From assembly GCA_963664435.2 (NCBI GenBank), contig CAXXKM010000001.1, positions 672,001 through 736,000 on the forward strand: a stretch of DNA of 64,000 nucleotides. Direction: 5' to 3'. The translations under genes and the position numbers were made by a program. Shown here piece after piece: positions 8,689 to 18,941 of the stretch. A model generated the notes under the pieces. That model was not told the origin of the DNA, did not search any database, and saw only the letters and a program-made list of their open reading frames with translations. Source of the DNA: Longimicrobiales bacterium. GTDB taxonomy: Bacteria > Gemmatimonadota > Gemmatimonadetes > Longimicrobiales > Gaopeijiaceae. Numbering within the stretch: the stretch's first letter is position 1; the number at the start of each line of letters is the position of its first letter.

Positions 8689-9831
8689 ATGACGAGCAAC
8701 GTGCAGGAAATTATTGCGCATTCCGTTCGCGCCCGCCGGACGGCCTTGGGCATGAGCCAGCGAGAGCTGGCGGAAGCTGTCGGGTTTGGTTCGCACCAGA
8801 TCGTCTCCGAATTGGAACGAGGTCAGCGAGACGTCAAGGCATGGGAACTGGCCAGAATAGCCAATGCCCTTCACACCAGTCTGCCCAAGCTACTCGAGCT
8901 CGAAGGCACCGGCCAAGCCGAAAGGCACGTTTTCTGGCGTTCTCATGGGCCCGACGCGGACCGGTGCCAACACGAAGCAAGACTGCTTGAGCGCTACGAG
9001 CGATTCAGGCGTGTCGAGGAACTGACCAGTGCCCGTTGCGACACGCAGCCACTTCCTCGGTTTTCCGTGAACCAATCGACATCGTTCGGCCAAACGGAAC
9101 AGCTGGCGTCCAATGCGAGACGCAGCATGGACCTTGGGGGACGCCCTGCCATGTCGCTGGCTGAAGTCCTGCAAGAGCGTTTTGGCGTCAAGTTGTTCCT
9201 CGATGACCTGGGTAGCGGAGGGTCAGCTGCGTGTGTGCGGACAGACTCGGACGCGGCGGTTCTGCTAAACCGCCATGAAGCGCCCTGGCGGCAGCGCTAT
9301 AGCCTGGCCCACGAGCTTTTCCACCTGGTAACCTGGGACGCCGTAATGGACGCGTGGCCGCACGGGAACCAACGGACGACATGGCCGGAGCGGGTCGAGA
9401 AGCTGGCAAACGTATTCGCATCCGCTCTGCTCCTCCCCAGTGACGACCTGCGGGCCGAGTTCCAGTCTCGCTTCGAGGGCAGAGAGGCCTCGCATCTCGA
9501 AGTCGTAAACATGGCTCGGGCTTACGGCGTCTCAACCGAAGCGTTGTTGTGGCGTCTCCGAAGTCTCGACTTGATATCGGAGGACGCGGTCCGGAAACGG
9601 CTCGATGACCCGTCGTTTCGCAGGATGGACCGAGCGAGCATGCCGAAGCACTGGACCAAGCCGCCCCCCGATCTTCCAGATCGATTTGTACGGTTGGTAG
9701 CCTTGGCGTACAGGACAGGTAACCTCTCTCGAAGTGTCGCCGCCAAGTACCTGGAGAGGAATCCAGGAGAACTCTACTACCTTGACTGGGACGAAGACGA
9801 TGGCGGGGCGGACGAGACTGGTCTTGCTTGA
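8689..9831 (+). CDS. XRE-family HTH fused to ImmA/IrrE metallopeptidase
   Basis: N-terminal RRTALGMSQRELAEAVG...VSELERG HTH; RQRYSLAHELFH (HExxH) and EKLANVFASALLLP. RBS GGAGGGG before ATG 8689. Confidence 0.9.
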   Translation: MTSNVQEIIAHSVRARRTALGMSQRELAEAVGFGSHQIVSELERGQRDVKAWELARIANALHTSLPKLLELEGTGQAERHVFWRSHGPDADRCQHEARLLERYERFRRVEELTSARCDTQPLPRFSVNQSTSFGQTEQLASNARRSMDLGGRPAMSLAEVLQERFGVKLFLDDLGSGGSAACVRTDSDAAVLLNRHEAPWRQRYSLAHELFHLVTWDAVMDAWPHGNQRTTWPERVEKLANVFASALLLPSDDLRAEFQSRFEGREASHLEVVNMARAYGVSTEALLWRLRSLDLISEDAVRKRLDDPSFRRMDRASMPKHWTKPPPDLPDRFVRLVALAYRTGNLSRSVAAKYLERNPGELYYLDWDEDDGGADETGLA

Positions 9832-9856
9832 TGCAGGTGCCGTCTTCGCAGCCTAG
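9800..9856 (+). pseudogene. Truncated stub of a probable PIN-like partner gene of IrrE
   Basis: MAGRTRLVLLDAGAVFAA* overlaps the IrrE 3' end. LVLLDA resembles PIN strand 1, and the ORF stops exactly where a tctC-derived fragment begins. Confidence 0.4.
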
Positions 9857-10013
9857 TTCGTGTGCGCCGCGACCACCGCGTCCGCCGACCCCTCTTAGGC
9901 GATCCTACGGATACCCGGATCTCCTGCCAACGCCCGCAACCGGGCGAAGCCGAGGAAACACTCCGACGCCGCCCCGAACCCCGACACCGACACCTCGTCG
10001 GGCTGAGCGTGAG
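9854..10013 (-). repeat. Degenerate direct duplicate of an internal tctC segment (7861-8044)
   Basis: Shared blocks such as TTCGTGTGCGCCGCG, CGCCCGCAACCGGGCGAAGCCGAGGAAA and CCGACGCCGCCCCGAACCCCGACA. The copy lacks the 24 bp between the two GCGCCGCG repeats (7871 and 7895). Confidence 0.85.
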
Positions 10014-10191
10014 TCAGGGAAGACTCTCATTGAGATGGCACACGGCTTGTCCGCGTGACCGAGAACGGGGGTTACGCCAGCCGTCCGCAAGCTCGTCCAG
10101 ACGAGCCCTTCCCAAGAACCGTCGCACATGCCAACGTTAATTCTGGCCACCATCGCGCAGCCAGTTCAAGATCAACAGGGGCGTACCCATC

Positions 10192-11760
10192 ATGCCTCCA
10201 TCACCGAGAGTAACATCCCTCAACATCTTCGCAATTCGCGACAACACCGCTGATGTCTTCAAGGAAGATTATGACAACTATCCGATAACGCTCGACGAGG
10301 AACAGATAGGGACGCTGTATGTCAAGCCGAGCAATCCCGGTCAACCAGAATGGCTAAGAGAGTTCTTCGGGCGAACAGTCGATCCCGGCTCCTTACCGTT
10401 GCTGTTGAACTCGACCAGCGCAGTTGTTCTTCTGGTAACCGTCAGCACGAAGAGATTCGCCGTCGCATTCGGCCATGGACGATATATGCTGAATCCAACA
10501 GCCATCGAACCGAGATTCGGACTCCGAACTGCTCTAAACGGTGTCGATGTCGATCAGGTTCGGTCCATGGACCGAAAGACACTCGACGCGGTATCCATGT
10601 ACACTCGTGAACAGGCGAGTAGGGAATCCAGTTTCAACGCGTTTGACATGAACGTGCAACGTGACCTATTGCGCTCCATCACCGGTAGGATGCTGGACGA
10701 GAATCTTGGGCTTACCGTCACAGGCAAAGATGCATTCCTGGTCAGGTCCCGGGTAACGCTTCACACACTGCTTCCAAAGATCGAAGAGTGGCACCAATTG
10801 AGCCAGCACAATACATATAGGGAACGTTTCCCTTGGATCGATAACATCGCCGAGATCTCTGACAAAACAACAAGAGATCGGTTGGATGATCGCCTCGTGG
10901 ATATGCTCCACAGAGACGATACCGAGAGGATTTGGCTGGCGCCACCTGAGATCATGTCCTGGGACAACGTAGACGGTTTCAAGTTTCGCACACCTAAAGC
11001 TGATGTCGTACCGGAATTGAATCTGCGTTCGTATTTTGAGGACAAGTATAGACCACAAACAGAGGTGACGATCACGCACCTAAGGCGTGATAAGATCTTT
11101 GCACGGTCGAACAAGGATGATGCGGATGTAGACCGCTGGCGTGTGTACCAGTGCATTCATGCAGACATTGATGATGGCAGCGACAGGTTCATCCTGGACG
11201 AGGGCCAATGGTACCGAATTGACCCCGATTACGCCGCCGAGTTAGCTGACTTTCGAGCTAGCTTGCCACCTACCGCGATTAGTCTTCCAGATTACGACGA
11301 CGATGACGAAGCAAAATACAACGACCGCGCTGCCAAGCACTCGCAACTGAGGTTGATGGACAAGGATTTAGTGAAAGGTATCGAAACTGAAGCGCGTAGC
11401 AGGATAGAAGTCTGCGACCTCCTCCATACTGAGGGCGCGTTCATTCACGTTAAACGCTATAGCGGGTCAAGTACCTTGAGTCACCTGTTCTCTCAGGGTG
11501 CCGTGGCAGCGGACAACATGCGATTCAACCCGGAATTCCAAAACAGGGTTGCGGAGAAATACCCTAGCATAATCCTGTCCAATGGCAGGTTTAATGCCGA
11601 TCAGCACGAGATCGCCTATGCAATTATTGCGAAACCGGGCAACGACGACGTCCAACTACCGTTCTTCAGTCTAGTCAACCTGAGACTCTTCACAAACATC
11701 ATACGACGGACAGGCTACAGCAAGATCACGTTGACGATCATCCCGAATCGTCGTGCGTAG
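10192..11760 (+). CDS. TIGR04141 / DUF6119 sporadically distributed protein
   Basis: FAVAFGHGRYML, FGLRTALN, IEVCDLL...IHVKRYSGSSTLSHLFSQG and LPFFSLVNL motifs. Visibly AT-richer than its flanks. Confidence 0.8.
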   Translation: MPPSPRVTSLNIFAIRDNTADVFKEDYDNYPITLDEEQIGTLYVKPSNPGQPEWLREFFGRTVDPGSLPLLLNSTSAVVLLVTVSTKRFAVAFGHGRYMLNPTAIEPRFGLRTALNGVDVDQVRSMDRKTLDAVSMYTREQASRESSFNAFDMNVQRDLLRSITGRMLDENLGLTVTGKDAFLVRSRVTLHTLLPKIEEWHQLSQHNTYRERFPWIDNIAEISDKTTRDRLDDRLVDMLHRDDTERIWLAPPEIMSWDNVDGFKFRTPKADVVPELNLRSYFEDKYRPQTEVTITHLRRDKIFARSNKDDADVDRWRVYQCIHADIDDGSDRFILDEGQWYRIDPDYAAELADFRASLPPTAISLPDYDDDDEAKYNDRAAKHSQLRLMDKDLVKGIETEARSRIEVCDLLHTEGAFIHVKRYSGSSTLSHLFSQGAVAADNMRFNPEFQNRVAEKYPSIILSNGRFNADQHEIAYAIIAKPGNDDVQLPFFSLVNLRLFTNIIRRTGYSKITLTIIPNRRA

Positions 11761-11956
11761 TTGCGGAAACCTCTGTCGCATCATCGCGGCAAGTGGCGCA
11801 GATTCACCCAGGCATGGGTGACGGGGGTGATCAGCTCCCGAGGCGCAGAGTGCCTGGGAATGACCTATGGAGCACCTCACGCGACCGGCAACGATTGTTG
11901 AGTAAGCCGTTGGAACTGACCCCGATCCGGGCACCGCGGGGATCCGCCACCGCTCG

Positions 11957-14900
11957 TCACGACGGCTCCCCCGCCCGCGCCAGCAAGTCTGCGAAGTTGT
12001 ACAGAACGCCGGTCGCGCCAAAATCCGGCTCTCGCCGGAAGGGGTGTCGTAGGTAGTGGACCCGGTGTCCACCCTTCTCCAGGAACTCCACGATTGCCAG
12101 GATGTAGTCATCTGGCTTGTTGAGGGAAAACAGAATCTCGTTTCGGGTGACCGTGATCGTCGGTGCCCCCTCCACCCGGCCCTTCACCTCAATGAACCGA
12201 AGCCGACCCGTTTCGGGGACCCGGCTCTCAATGTCGTACCCCAGCTTCTCGAACTCCCGGTCCGTGGGATCGAACCCCATACCGCGCTCGACATCCATGA
12301 TGATTTCTCGGGCGCGAGCCGCGATGGCCTGCGTATCGGTGACTGCAGCCGTCTTCTTCTCTTGCCGCCCGGCGATCCTGTCCAATAGCCCCTTGGGCAC
12401 GACCAGCATTCCGCCCAGCACGACCGGTGGCCCGGCTGAGATCCGCCGCGCCAGAGCCAGCTCTTCGAGCCGTTCCTGCAACCTGGCCTGCAACTGGTCG
12501 GCGCGCTTCGCCGCCTCACGTGAATTGAGCCGCGCGTTCGGGTGACCCGCCTTCTCGCGGAGCTTCAAGTCCTCGGCACGGTGGTCCCAGTAGGAGATTT
12601 CCTTCGTGAGCCGATCCTTGACTGCCGCCTCGGTCTTGTCGATGGCCGACATCCTGGCATCTCGAATCTCCCTCAAGTGCTCTGGCACCACATGCGCAGC
12701 AGCATACGCCTCGGCCTGACCCTCAAGCTCCTGGTTGATCCAGGCACAATCGGGGAGGCCGAGGATGTCGTCGGGCCAGGGTTCGTCCGGGGCGAGCGGC
12801 CGGAAGTCGAGGTATGGAGCGTACCGCACGTGGCCCCGCGCACCTTCCGGGCCAAAGTCGAGGTAGATCATCTGCTTTGAGATGATCCGCTCCTCACCCG
12901 CTGGCGTCGGTCGGCCGTCGTGAACCGAGTGCTCAAGGTAAAGGAGGACACGCGCTTCCACGCCGTGGTCGCTTTCGTCGACCAACACTGCACCACGCTT
13001 CAAGAGGGTGCGGTTCCGCTCCAGAGTCAGATCGAGCACGGCGTCGAGTAGCGGGTGACCCGGACAGACGAAGGCGGCTTGCGCCTGTCCGCGCGGTGCC
13101 ACCAGAGCCTTCTCGAACGCGATGCGCTCGTAGCGGACGGATACAGGCTCGCGCGCGCCCATGTCCCTGGCACGCTTTCGCACAGCAGCGGGCACCCGCG
13201 AGATCTGATACCGGCGCGGCTCGCGCTGCCTGGCCGAACCACCCAGTTGCTTGAACGCCGCCAAGAAGAACGATTCGATGAAATGGGGCTGCAGGCGTCT
13301 CGCGTCTGCACGTTCCATCTCTTCTCGGACCGCGTGCAGGCGGCTGGTGTCCATCGAGTCCTTGGCCAAAGCGTGCTCATACATGAGCCCACGCAACCGG
13401 TCCCGATCCAGCGCCTGGGAGACCACGGTGTTGAGATGGGCCCGCACCTCCGGCCTCTCCCCAAAGCGAATCGCCCTGACCAGGAGGTCCTTCAGGGACC
13501 GTCCCTCGAACTGGACCTGTCCGAGCACATCGAAGACCTGCCCGCCCAGAGCTTGCCGCTCGGTCTCCAGCTTGTCAAGCAGCGTGCGGTAGACCTTGCC
13601 TTCCCGCGTGTCTTCGGCGAGGAGATTCCACAGGTGACAGACTTCGGTCTGACCGATGCGATGGATGCGTCCGAAGCGCTGCTCCAGCCGATTAGGGTTC
13701 CACGGCAGATCGTAGTTCACCATCAGATGGGCGCGCTGCAGGTTGATCCCCTCGCCAGCCGCATCGGTGGCGAGCAGCACCCTGACCTTGGGATTGTGGC
13801 GGAAGGCTTCTTGCGCCTCCAGCCGGTTGGGCCGGTTCAGCCCTCCGTGAATGACAACCACGGCCTCGGGTCGCCCGATCAACGTGGTGATCCGGTCGTT
13901 CAGGTAGTTGAGCGTGTCCTTGTGTTCGGTGAAGATGACGAGCTTCTGACCCGGCGAAGGCTTGGGTGGCGGGACATCGCCCGCTCCGTAACGAACTGCG
14001 GGCTCGTTGATCCGGGACGCGAGAGCCGCCGGGGTGAAGATCTTGCCAAGAAGGCCAGCCAACTCCCGCCACTTGGTGTCGTCGCTGCGGTTCAGGACCT
14101 GTCGAGCAAGCTGCTCAAGCCCATGCAGCGTGTCTATTTCCGCCCGAAGTTCATCGATTGACCTGGCGGCCGTGGCCCGATCCATCACCTCGGCTTCGGT
14201 GGCTTCGAATTCGCCCTCGGGAGCATCTTCCAGATCTTCGAGGTCTTCCAAGTCCAGTTCGGGAGCGCCGAACACCGGCGGGTAGCCAGTTGTCGCATCC
14301 CGGAGCTGTTCCAATTCCTTCAGCCGGTCCTGGAGGCGATGCCGGCGCCTTAGCAGCGATTGGTAGATTGCCTGGGGCGATGAGGCGAGTCGGCGCTGGA
14401 GGATCGTCAGGGCGAACCCGACGGTTGTGCGCTTCTTTCCGTCGAGCCTCTCGGCACGATCGAACTCCCGTTGTACGTAATGAGTGACCGCGTCGTACAG
14501 AGAAGCCTCGGCGGACGAGAGCTTGTAAGGGACCGTGTAGGCCCGGCGCACCGGGAAAAGCGGAGTGCCGTCGAACTTCAGCAACTCTTCCTTCACCATG
14601 CGGCGCATCAGATCCGAGGTATCGGTGCGGTGAACGCCGGTGCGGAAACGGCCCTCGAACCGATCGCCGTCCAGCAACGCCATGAAGAGTTGGAAATCGT
14701 CCTCCTTGCCGTTGTGCGGCGTCGCCGTCATGAGGAGGAAGTGGCGGGTCAGGCGGCCGAGGAGCTGTCCCAAGTGGTATCGCTTCGTGTACTTGACCTT
14801 CCTACCGAAATAGGTCGCCGACATCTTGTGCGCTTCGTCGCACACGATCAGATCCCAGCGGCAATCCGGCGCTTTCAACAACTCCTGGACCTCTTCGTTA

Positions 14901-15526
14901 CGGGACAGCATATCCAGGCGCGCGATCACCAAATCGTTCTTCTCAAACCAGTTCTCCGGCCGCGCCGCTTGTAGTGCCTCGCTGGTGTAGAGCGCAAAGG
15001 CAAGATGGAAGCGCGTCTCAAGTTCCTCCTGCCACTGCTCGGCCAGGCTGCCGGGACAGACGACCAGACAGCGCTCGAGGTCTCCGCGGGCGATCAACTC
15101 CTTCATGAGCAGCCCCGCCATGATCGTTTTCCCGCTCCCGGGATCGTCGGCGAGCAGGAAGCGGAGGGGCTGGCGGGGCAGCATCGACTCATAGACGGCC
15201 GTGATCTGATGGGGAAGAGGCTCGACCAGGGACGTATGGACTGCGAGGAGGGGATCGAAAAGGTGAGCGAGGCGGATGCGCTGGGCTTCGGAGACGAGGC
15301 GGAAAAGAGCACCGTCGGCGTCGAAGGCCCACGGGCGGGCGTGAGCGCTGGCTTCGAGGCTGGTTTCGTCGCTCCGGTACAGGATCTTGGTGTTGACCGC
15401 ATCCGAGAGGGTCCGATAGGTGACCTGAACGGCCTGTGATCCCAACCACTTCGTGGCCAAGATCGTCACGGGTCCTTCCGGGTCAATACCCTCTACTGCA
15501 GCGTGCTGAAGGTTTTCGAGCTTCAC
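11957..15526 (-). CDS. SNF2-family helicase with C-terminal DUF3883 (NO VEIN-type PD-(D/E)xK) domain
   Basis: LLADDPGSGKT, DEAH, TATP, TDAAGEGINLQ and QRFGRIHRIGQ; C-terminal GYDIES...FIEVKG...TRNE. Confidence 0.92.
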   Translation of the reverse strand: MKLENLQHAAVEGIDPEGPVTILATKWLGSQAVQVTYRTLSDAVNTKILYRSDETSLEASAHARPWAFDADGALFRLVSEAQRIRLAHLFDPLLAVHTSLVEPLPHQITAVYESMLPRQPLRFLLADDPGSGKTIMAGLLMKELIARGDLERCLVVCPGSLAEQWQEELETRFHLAFALYTSEALQAARPENWFEKNDLVIARLDMLSRNEEVQELLKAPDCRWDLIVCDEAHKMSATYFGRKVKYTKRYHLGQLLGRLTRHFLLMTATPHNGKEDDFQLFMALLDGDRFEGRFRTGVHRTDTSDLMRRMVKEELLKFDGTPLFPVRRAYTVPYKLSSAEASLYDAVTHYVQREFDRAERLDGKKRTTVGFALTILQRRLASSPQAIYQSLLRRRHRLQDRLKELEQLRDATTGYPPVFGAPELDLEDLEDLEDAPEGEFEATEAEVMDRATAARSIDELRAEIDTLHGLEQLARQVLNRSDDTKWRELAGLLGKIFTPAALASRINEPAVRYGAGDVPPPKPSPGQKLVIFTEHKDTLNYLNDRITTLIGRPEAVVVIHGGLNRPNRLEAQEAFRHNPKVRVLLATDAAGEGINLQRAHLMVNYDLPWNPNRLEQRFGRIHRIGQTEVCHLWNLLAEDTREGKVYRTLLDKLETERQALGGQVFDVLGQVQFEGRSLKDLLVRAIRFGERPEVRAHLNTVVSQALDRDRLRGLMYEHALAKDSMDTSRLHAVREEMERADARRLQPHFIESFFLAAFKQLGGSARQREPRRYQISRVPAAVRKRARDMGAREPVSVRYERIAFEKALVAPRGQAQAAFVCPGHPLLDAVLDLTLERNRTLLKRGAVLVDESDHGVEARVLLYLEHSVHDGRPTPAGEERIISKQMIYLDFGPEGARGHVRYAPYLDFRPLAPDEPWPDDILGLPDCAWINQELEGQAEAYAAAHVVPEHLREIRDARMSAIDKTEAAVKDRLTKEISYWDHRAEDLKLREKAGHPNARLNSREAAKRADQLQARLQERLEELALARRISAGPPVVLGGMLVVPKGLLDRIAGRQEKKTAAVTDTQAIAARAREIIMDVERGMGFDPTDREFEKLGYDIESRVPETGRLRFIEVKGRVEGAPTITVTRNEILFSLNKPDDYILAIVEFLEKGGHRVHYLRHPFRREPDFGATGVLYNFADLLARAGEPS

Positions 15527-15550
15527 AGGGTTAGCATCCGCCTCGGTCTT

Positions 15551-17944
15551 TCAGGCTGCCATTCGCCAACCCGAGCTGATGCGACCGGTCCTCGTCCGCT
15601 CGCTCGATCCACCAAACTGGATGCGCCCAGCGCGGAACCTCCCGTAGCGGGTGTATACCGCCATGCCGGGGCCGATGGCTGCCTGCGCGAGGTCTACGGG
15701 GGCGATGTTGCCGGACTGGAGGAGGTAGAGGGCTTGCGGGAGTTCGGAGCGGAGGGCGGTGAGGAATTCGCGGCGGGTGGCGAGTGGGGCGTTGGCGGGC
15801 CGGCGGCGGCAGACGAGGACGATGCTGGAGGCGAGGGCGTTGGTGCCTCTGCTGATCATGCGATTCGCGAGCTCGGTTCGGATCGGCCAAGTGCCGGTGA
15901 TTGCGAAGCCCGAGCCGATCGCAGCATCCAAGAAGGTCTCCCAGCCGGTGCTTGAAGTCCCTGAGTTGCCCCTCGTCTCTACTTGCTTGAAGGCGTAGTA
16001 GACGGTGATCGGGAATACAGGGTGCGCCTGTTCTGCAAGCCGACTAAGCGCTCGCCTCATGCCAGTGAGGAAGTAGTCCTCAGCGGCGTCCTTTGACCCG
16101 TGTCTGTACGGTGTCGCAACGAGTTCTTCCGCTTTCGGAACCGCTAGCGTGCCGAACAGGTGCGGAAACACGGGTTTCAGGGTGCGTCGTAGCCAAACAT
16201 AGAAGAAGTCCGAGAGATCGGCGTATCCAACGTTGTCGTAGTATGGGGGGTCAGTCGAAACAACTGGCGCGTCACGCCACACTTCATCCTGGGCCGCGGC
16301 TTGGTAGGCTCGACCGAGTCTGCCTGGATACAGCCGGTCCAGGACTCGCATCATATTATTGAGCGAGGTGAGAAGGTCTCCGGCCATACCTCCGAAGACA
16401 TTGGCCTCAGAATAGTCCCAGACCATCGGCAGGGCCTGTCGACCAAAGGTGCCAATCGACTGATTCATCGTACTCTTCCACCGACATAGCGACGATTGAG
16501 CATCGGACAGCTTGCTGACGCCCAACGCCAGATACAGGGCCACAGCCTCGGCGTACGCGCGCGCGCCTGTGCCGCCGTTGCGCAGGGGCAGGTCGTCGTC
16601 AGGAAGGCCTGCGGCTACCGCGTCCCGCCGGATCTGCTGGGTTGCTTCGCCGACGAGATCGGAAAAGGTGGTCAGGGCGACGAGCTGACGCGGCGTGAAG
16701 AGGTCCCGCCACCGAAGCATTCCATATTGCTGAACCCGGAATCCAAGTGCCCGATCCGGCAGGCGCGCCTCTGGTACTCGTTGTGGCTGAGCGCTTCGGG
16801 CGATTACGTCCATTTCCCGTGTTGGCGCCAAGTAGACCCGGCCACGATCACCCTGCGCCACGATGGACATTAGCCGGCTACCCATTCGACCCGCTTTGGC
16901 CTCATCCCTGAGGTACGCGAATGGCATAGGTGCTCCAGACATCATGCACAGGAACTGACTGCCGCTACCGCCGGACTTGGTCCCTCTCCTGCGTAGGGCG
17001 AGATCAGGCGGAGGCCCCGATTTGACCCGGAACCGATACCTCCGTCCCTCAATCACCGGCTCGATATACGCCTCCTTGCCCTTCTTGGTCGACAGCATCC
17101 ATGTGGAAGCAAGCGGAACCTCGACATCAACGAACGCCGGGTTCGGGCTACGCACGGTGCGCGCCCAAAGCCACGCAATCACTGTCAGATTCCGCCCTAG
17201 GTACGGCTTCAGATCCGACCGCTCATTGACCATCTCCGGGGTCACTTCAACCTGCGGGTACAGGTGACCGATCCGGCGTTGGGCCTGGTCGCGCATCCAC
17301 TGCCCGTAGTGCCGGACATCCTCGGCCAGCCCACGGCCGCCTTCCCACTGTCGCTCAACCAGCTCGGCCGCGGATAGCGCCTCCTGGTTGACCGGGGGGG
17401 TGCCGGCGAATCTCGGAGGAATCTCGATCATCGCCTTGCAGATCAGGACCGCCACAGGGTTGAGGTCGCTGGCGTATGCCTCCAACCCGAGCCGTTGCGC
17501 CTCCAGCGGGAGGGCCCCTCCTCCGGCGAAGGGATCGTGGAAGGCCGGCAACTGATCCGGGTTGAACAACTCTTGGGCGCGGGGGTGGCCAGCGTTGGCC
17601 CGGCAAGTTCGCTGCCAGCTCCTATGAATCTCATGGCGTGCCCGGGCGAGCAGATCCTCGTTCGTCGTGTTCTCCCACCGCACCAGCCGCTCCAGAATCC
17701 CGAATAGCCGATCCCGTTCGCGCTCTTGAGACTCCTTGGTGGGGAACCGCTCCGGGTCCGCAGACGGATCGTCCACCATCTGGGCGAAGATGACCGCCCG
17801 CGCGGCGGCCAAAGGTCGTCGCGCCCACCACAGGTGCAACGTGCTGGGATGACCGTGCCGGATGGACTTCTCCCGTCTTGACGCTGAGTTGATTGCGTCG
17901 AGGGGCAGAGCTACCTCAATGAGCTTTTTTCGGGACACCGTCAT
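15551..17944 (-). CDS. DUF1156 adenine DNA methyltransferase, allele A, lacking the ~190-aa C-terminus
   Basis: [10 protein letters not shown]...[21 protein letters not shown] (motif I) and TDPPYYD (motif IV). Homology to allele B ends at YTRYG, followed by about 29 unrelated residues. Confidence 0.88.
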   Translation of the reverse strand: MTVSRKKLIEVALPLDAINSASRREKSIRHGHPSTLHLWWARRPLAAARAVIFAQMVDDPSADPERFPTKESQERERDRLFGILERLVRWENTTNEDLLARARHEIHRSWQRTCRANAGHPRAQELFNPDQLPAFHDPFAGGGALPLEAQRLGLEAYASDLNPVAVLICKAMIEIPPRFAGTPPVNQEALSAAELVERQWEGGRGLAEDVRHYGQWMRDQAQRRIGHLYPQVEVTPEMVNERSDLKPYLGRNLTVIAWLWARTVRSPNPAFVDVEVPLASTWMLSTKKGKEAYIEPVIEGRRYRFRVKSGPPPDLALRRRGTKSGGSGSQFLCMMSGAPMPFAYLRDEAKAGRMGSRLMSIVAQGDRGRVYLAPTREMDVIARSAQPQRVPEARLPDRALGFRVQQYGMLRWRDLFTPRQLVALTTFSDLVGEATQQIRRDAVAAGLPDDDLPLRNGGTGARAYAEAVALYLALGVSKLSDAQSSLCRWKSTMNQSIGTFGRQALPMVWDYSEANVFGGMAGDLLTSLNNMMRVLDRLYPGRLGRAYQAAAQDEVWRDAPVVSTDPPYYDNVGYADLSDFFYVWLRRTLKPVFPHLFGTLAVPKAEELVATPYRHGSKDAAEDYFLTGMRRALSRLAEQAHPVFPITVYYAFKQVETRGNSGTSSTGWETFLDAAIGSGFAITGTWPIRTELANRMISRGTNALASSIVLVCRRRPANAPLATRREFLTALRSELPQALYLLQSGNIAPVDLAQAAIGPGMAVYTRYGRFRAGRIQFGGSSERTRTGRISSGWRMAA
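15640..15839. repeat. Outer inverted repeat, left copy (pairs with 22167-22366)
   Basis: About 182/200 identical by manual alignment. The terminal 25 bp (15640-15664) are identical to the reverse complement of 22342-22366. Confidence 0.9.
16611..16660. repeat. Inner 50-bp perfect inverted repeat, left copy (pairs with 21349-21398)
   Basis: Its reverse complement GATCTCGTCGGCGAAGCAACCCAGCAGATCCGGCGGGACGCGGTAGCCGC matches 21349-21398 exactly. Confidence 0.92.
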
Positions 17945-18047
17945 CAGCGCGTCCGATCCTTATCGAAGAGTCTCGCCAATACCGCGGACGGCGCGTCCGC
18001 GACCTGCGCGCATGCTCCGCCCGCAACACATCGAAGGGAGGAGCACC

Positions 18048-18938
18048 ATGCCCACCACCAGTTTCAGCGGCGGATCAACCGCCCCCAAGCCGATCCCTTT
18101 CGAGACGGTCGCGGAGAAAGCCGTCCGAAGGTACGGGCGCATGTGGAAGCCCGCTACCCTAAAGGTCAACCAGGTCTACTTGCGAAACCAGATCATGCCG
18201 TGGTTCCGAGGGCGGCCAATCGCCGACATCACGCGCGCCGAGGTCCGCCAGTGGTTCGGTACTCTACACGCCACCCCGGCCGCGGCAAACCGCTCCCTTC
18301 CGATTCTCTCCATCATCATGCGGCAGGCGGAGATCTACGGCTATCGGCCGGCAAAGAGCAATCCCTGCAGGCGGATCCGGCGCTACCCGGAGCGGAGGAG
18401 GGAGCGCTTTCTGAACCCCGGTGAGATTCGCCGCCTGGGCCGGGTACTGGCGGACACATCCATGAGAGCGCCCCTCCAGGTGGCCATCGTCCGGCTTCTC
18501 ATGCTGACGGGCTGCAGGCAGAGCGAAATCCGCACGCTGAACTGGGGTGACTATCGCGGAGGCCACCTCTTTCTGCGGGATAGCAAGACCGGTCCCAGAA
18601 CGGTGTGGCTCTCTTCGTCGGCTCGGCGCGTGCTCGACGGATTGCACCGTACGGCCAGCTGTGTCTTTCCCGCTGTCGGCCGTCCCGGATCGATGTCCAC
18701 GGAAACGCTCTACGGGTCATGGCGACGGATTCGCACCGAGGCCGACCTCAGCAGGCTTCGTCTGCACGACCTCCGTCATACCTACGCAAGCTTCGCGCTG
18801 CGGGGCGGCGAATCGGTGGTCATGATTGGCCGATTGCTGGGGCACCGGGATCCCGACACCACCCTCAAGTACACGCACTTCGGGGACGCGATGCTCAGAC
18901 AGGCGGTCGAGAGCGTCGCCACGGTAGTCGGGGAATGA
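18048..18938 (+). CDS. Tyrosine recombinase 1 (no arm-binding domain)
   Basis: TGCRQSEI (R), DSKTG (K), HDLRHTYAS (HxxR) and LLGH...TTLKYTH (H,Y). RBS GGGAGGAG before ATG 18048. Confidence 0.92.
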   Translation: MPTTSFSGGSTAPKPIPFETVAEKAVRRYGRMWKPATLKVNQVYLRNQIMPWFRGRPIADITRAEVRQWFGTLHATPAAANRSLPILSIIMRQAEIYGYRPAKSNPCRRIRRYPERRRERFLNPGEIRRLGRVLADTSMRAPLQVAIVRLLMLTGCRQSEIRTLNWGDYRGGHLFLRDSKTGPRTVWLSSSARRVLDGLHRTASCVFPAVGRPGSMSTETLYGSWRRIRTEADLSRLRLHDLRHTYASFALRGGESVVMIGRLLGHRDPDTTLKYTHFGDAMLRQAVESVATVVGE

Positions 18939-18941
18939 CCG

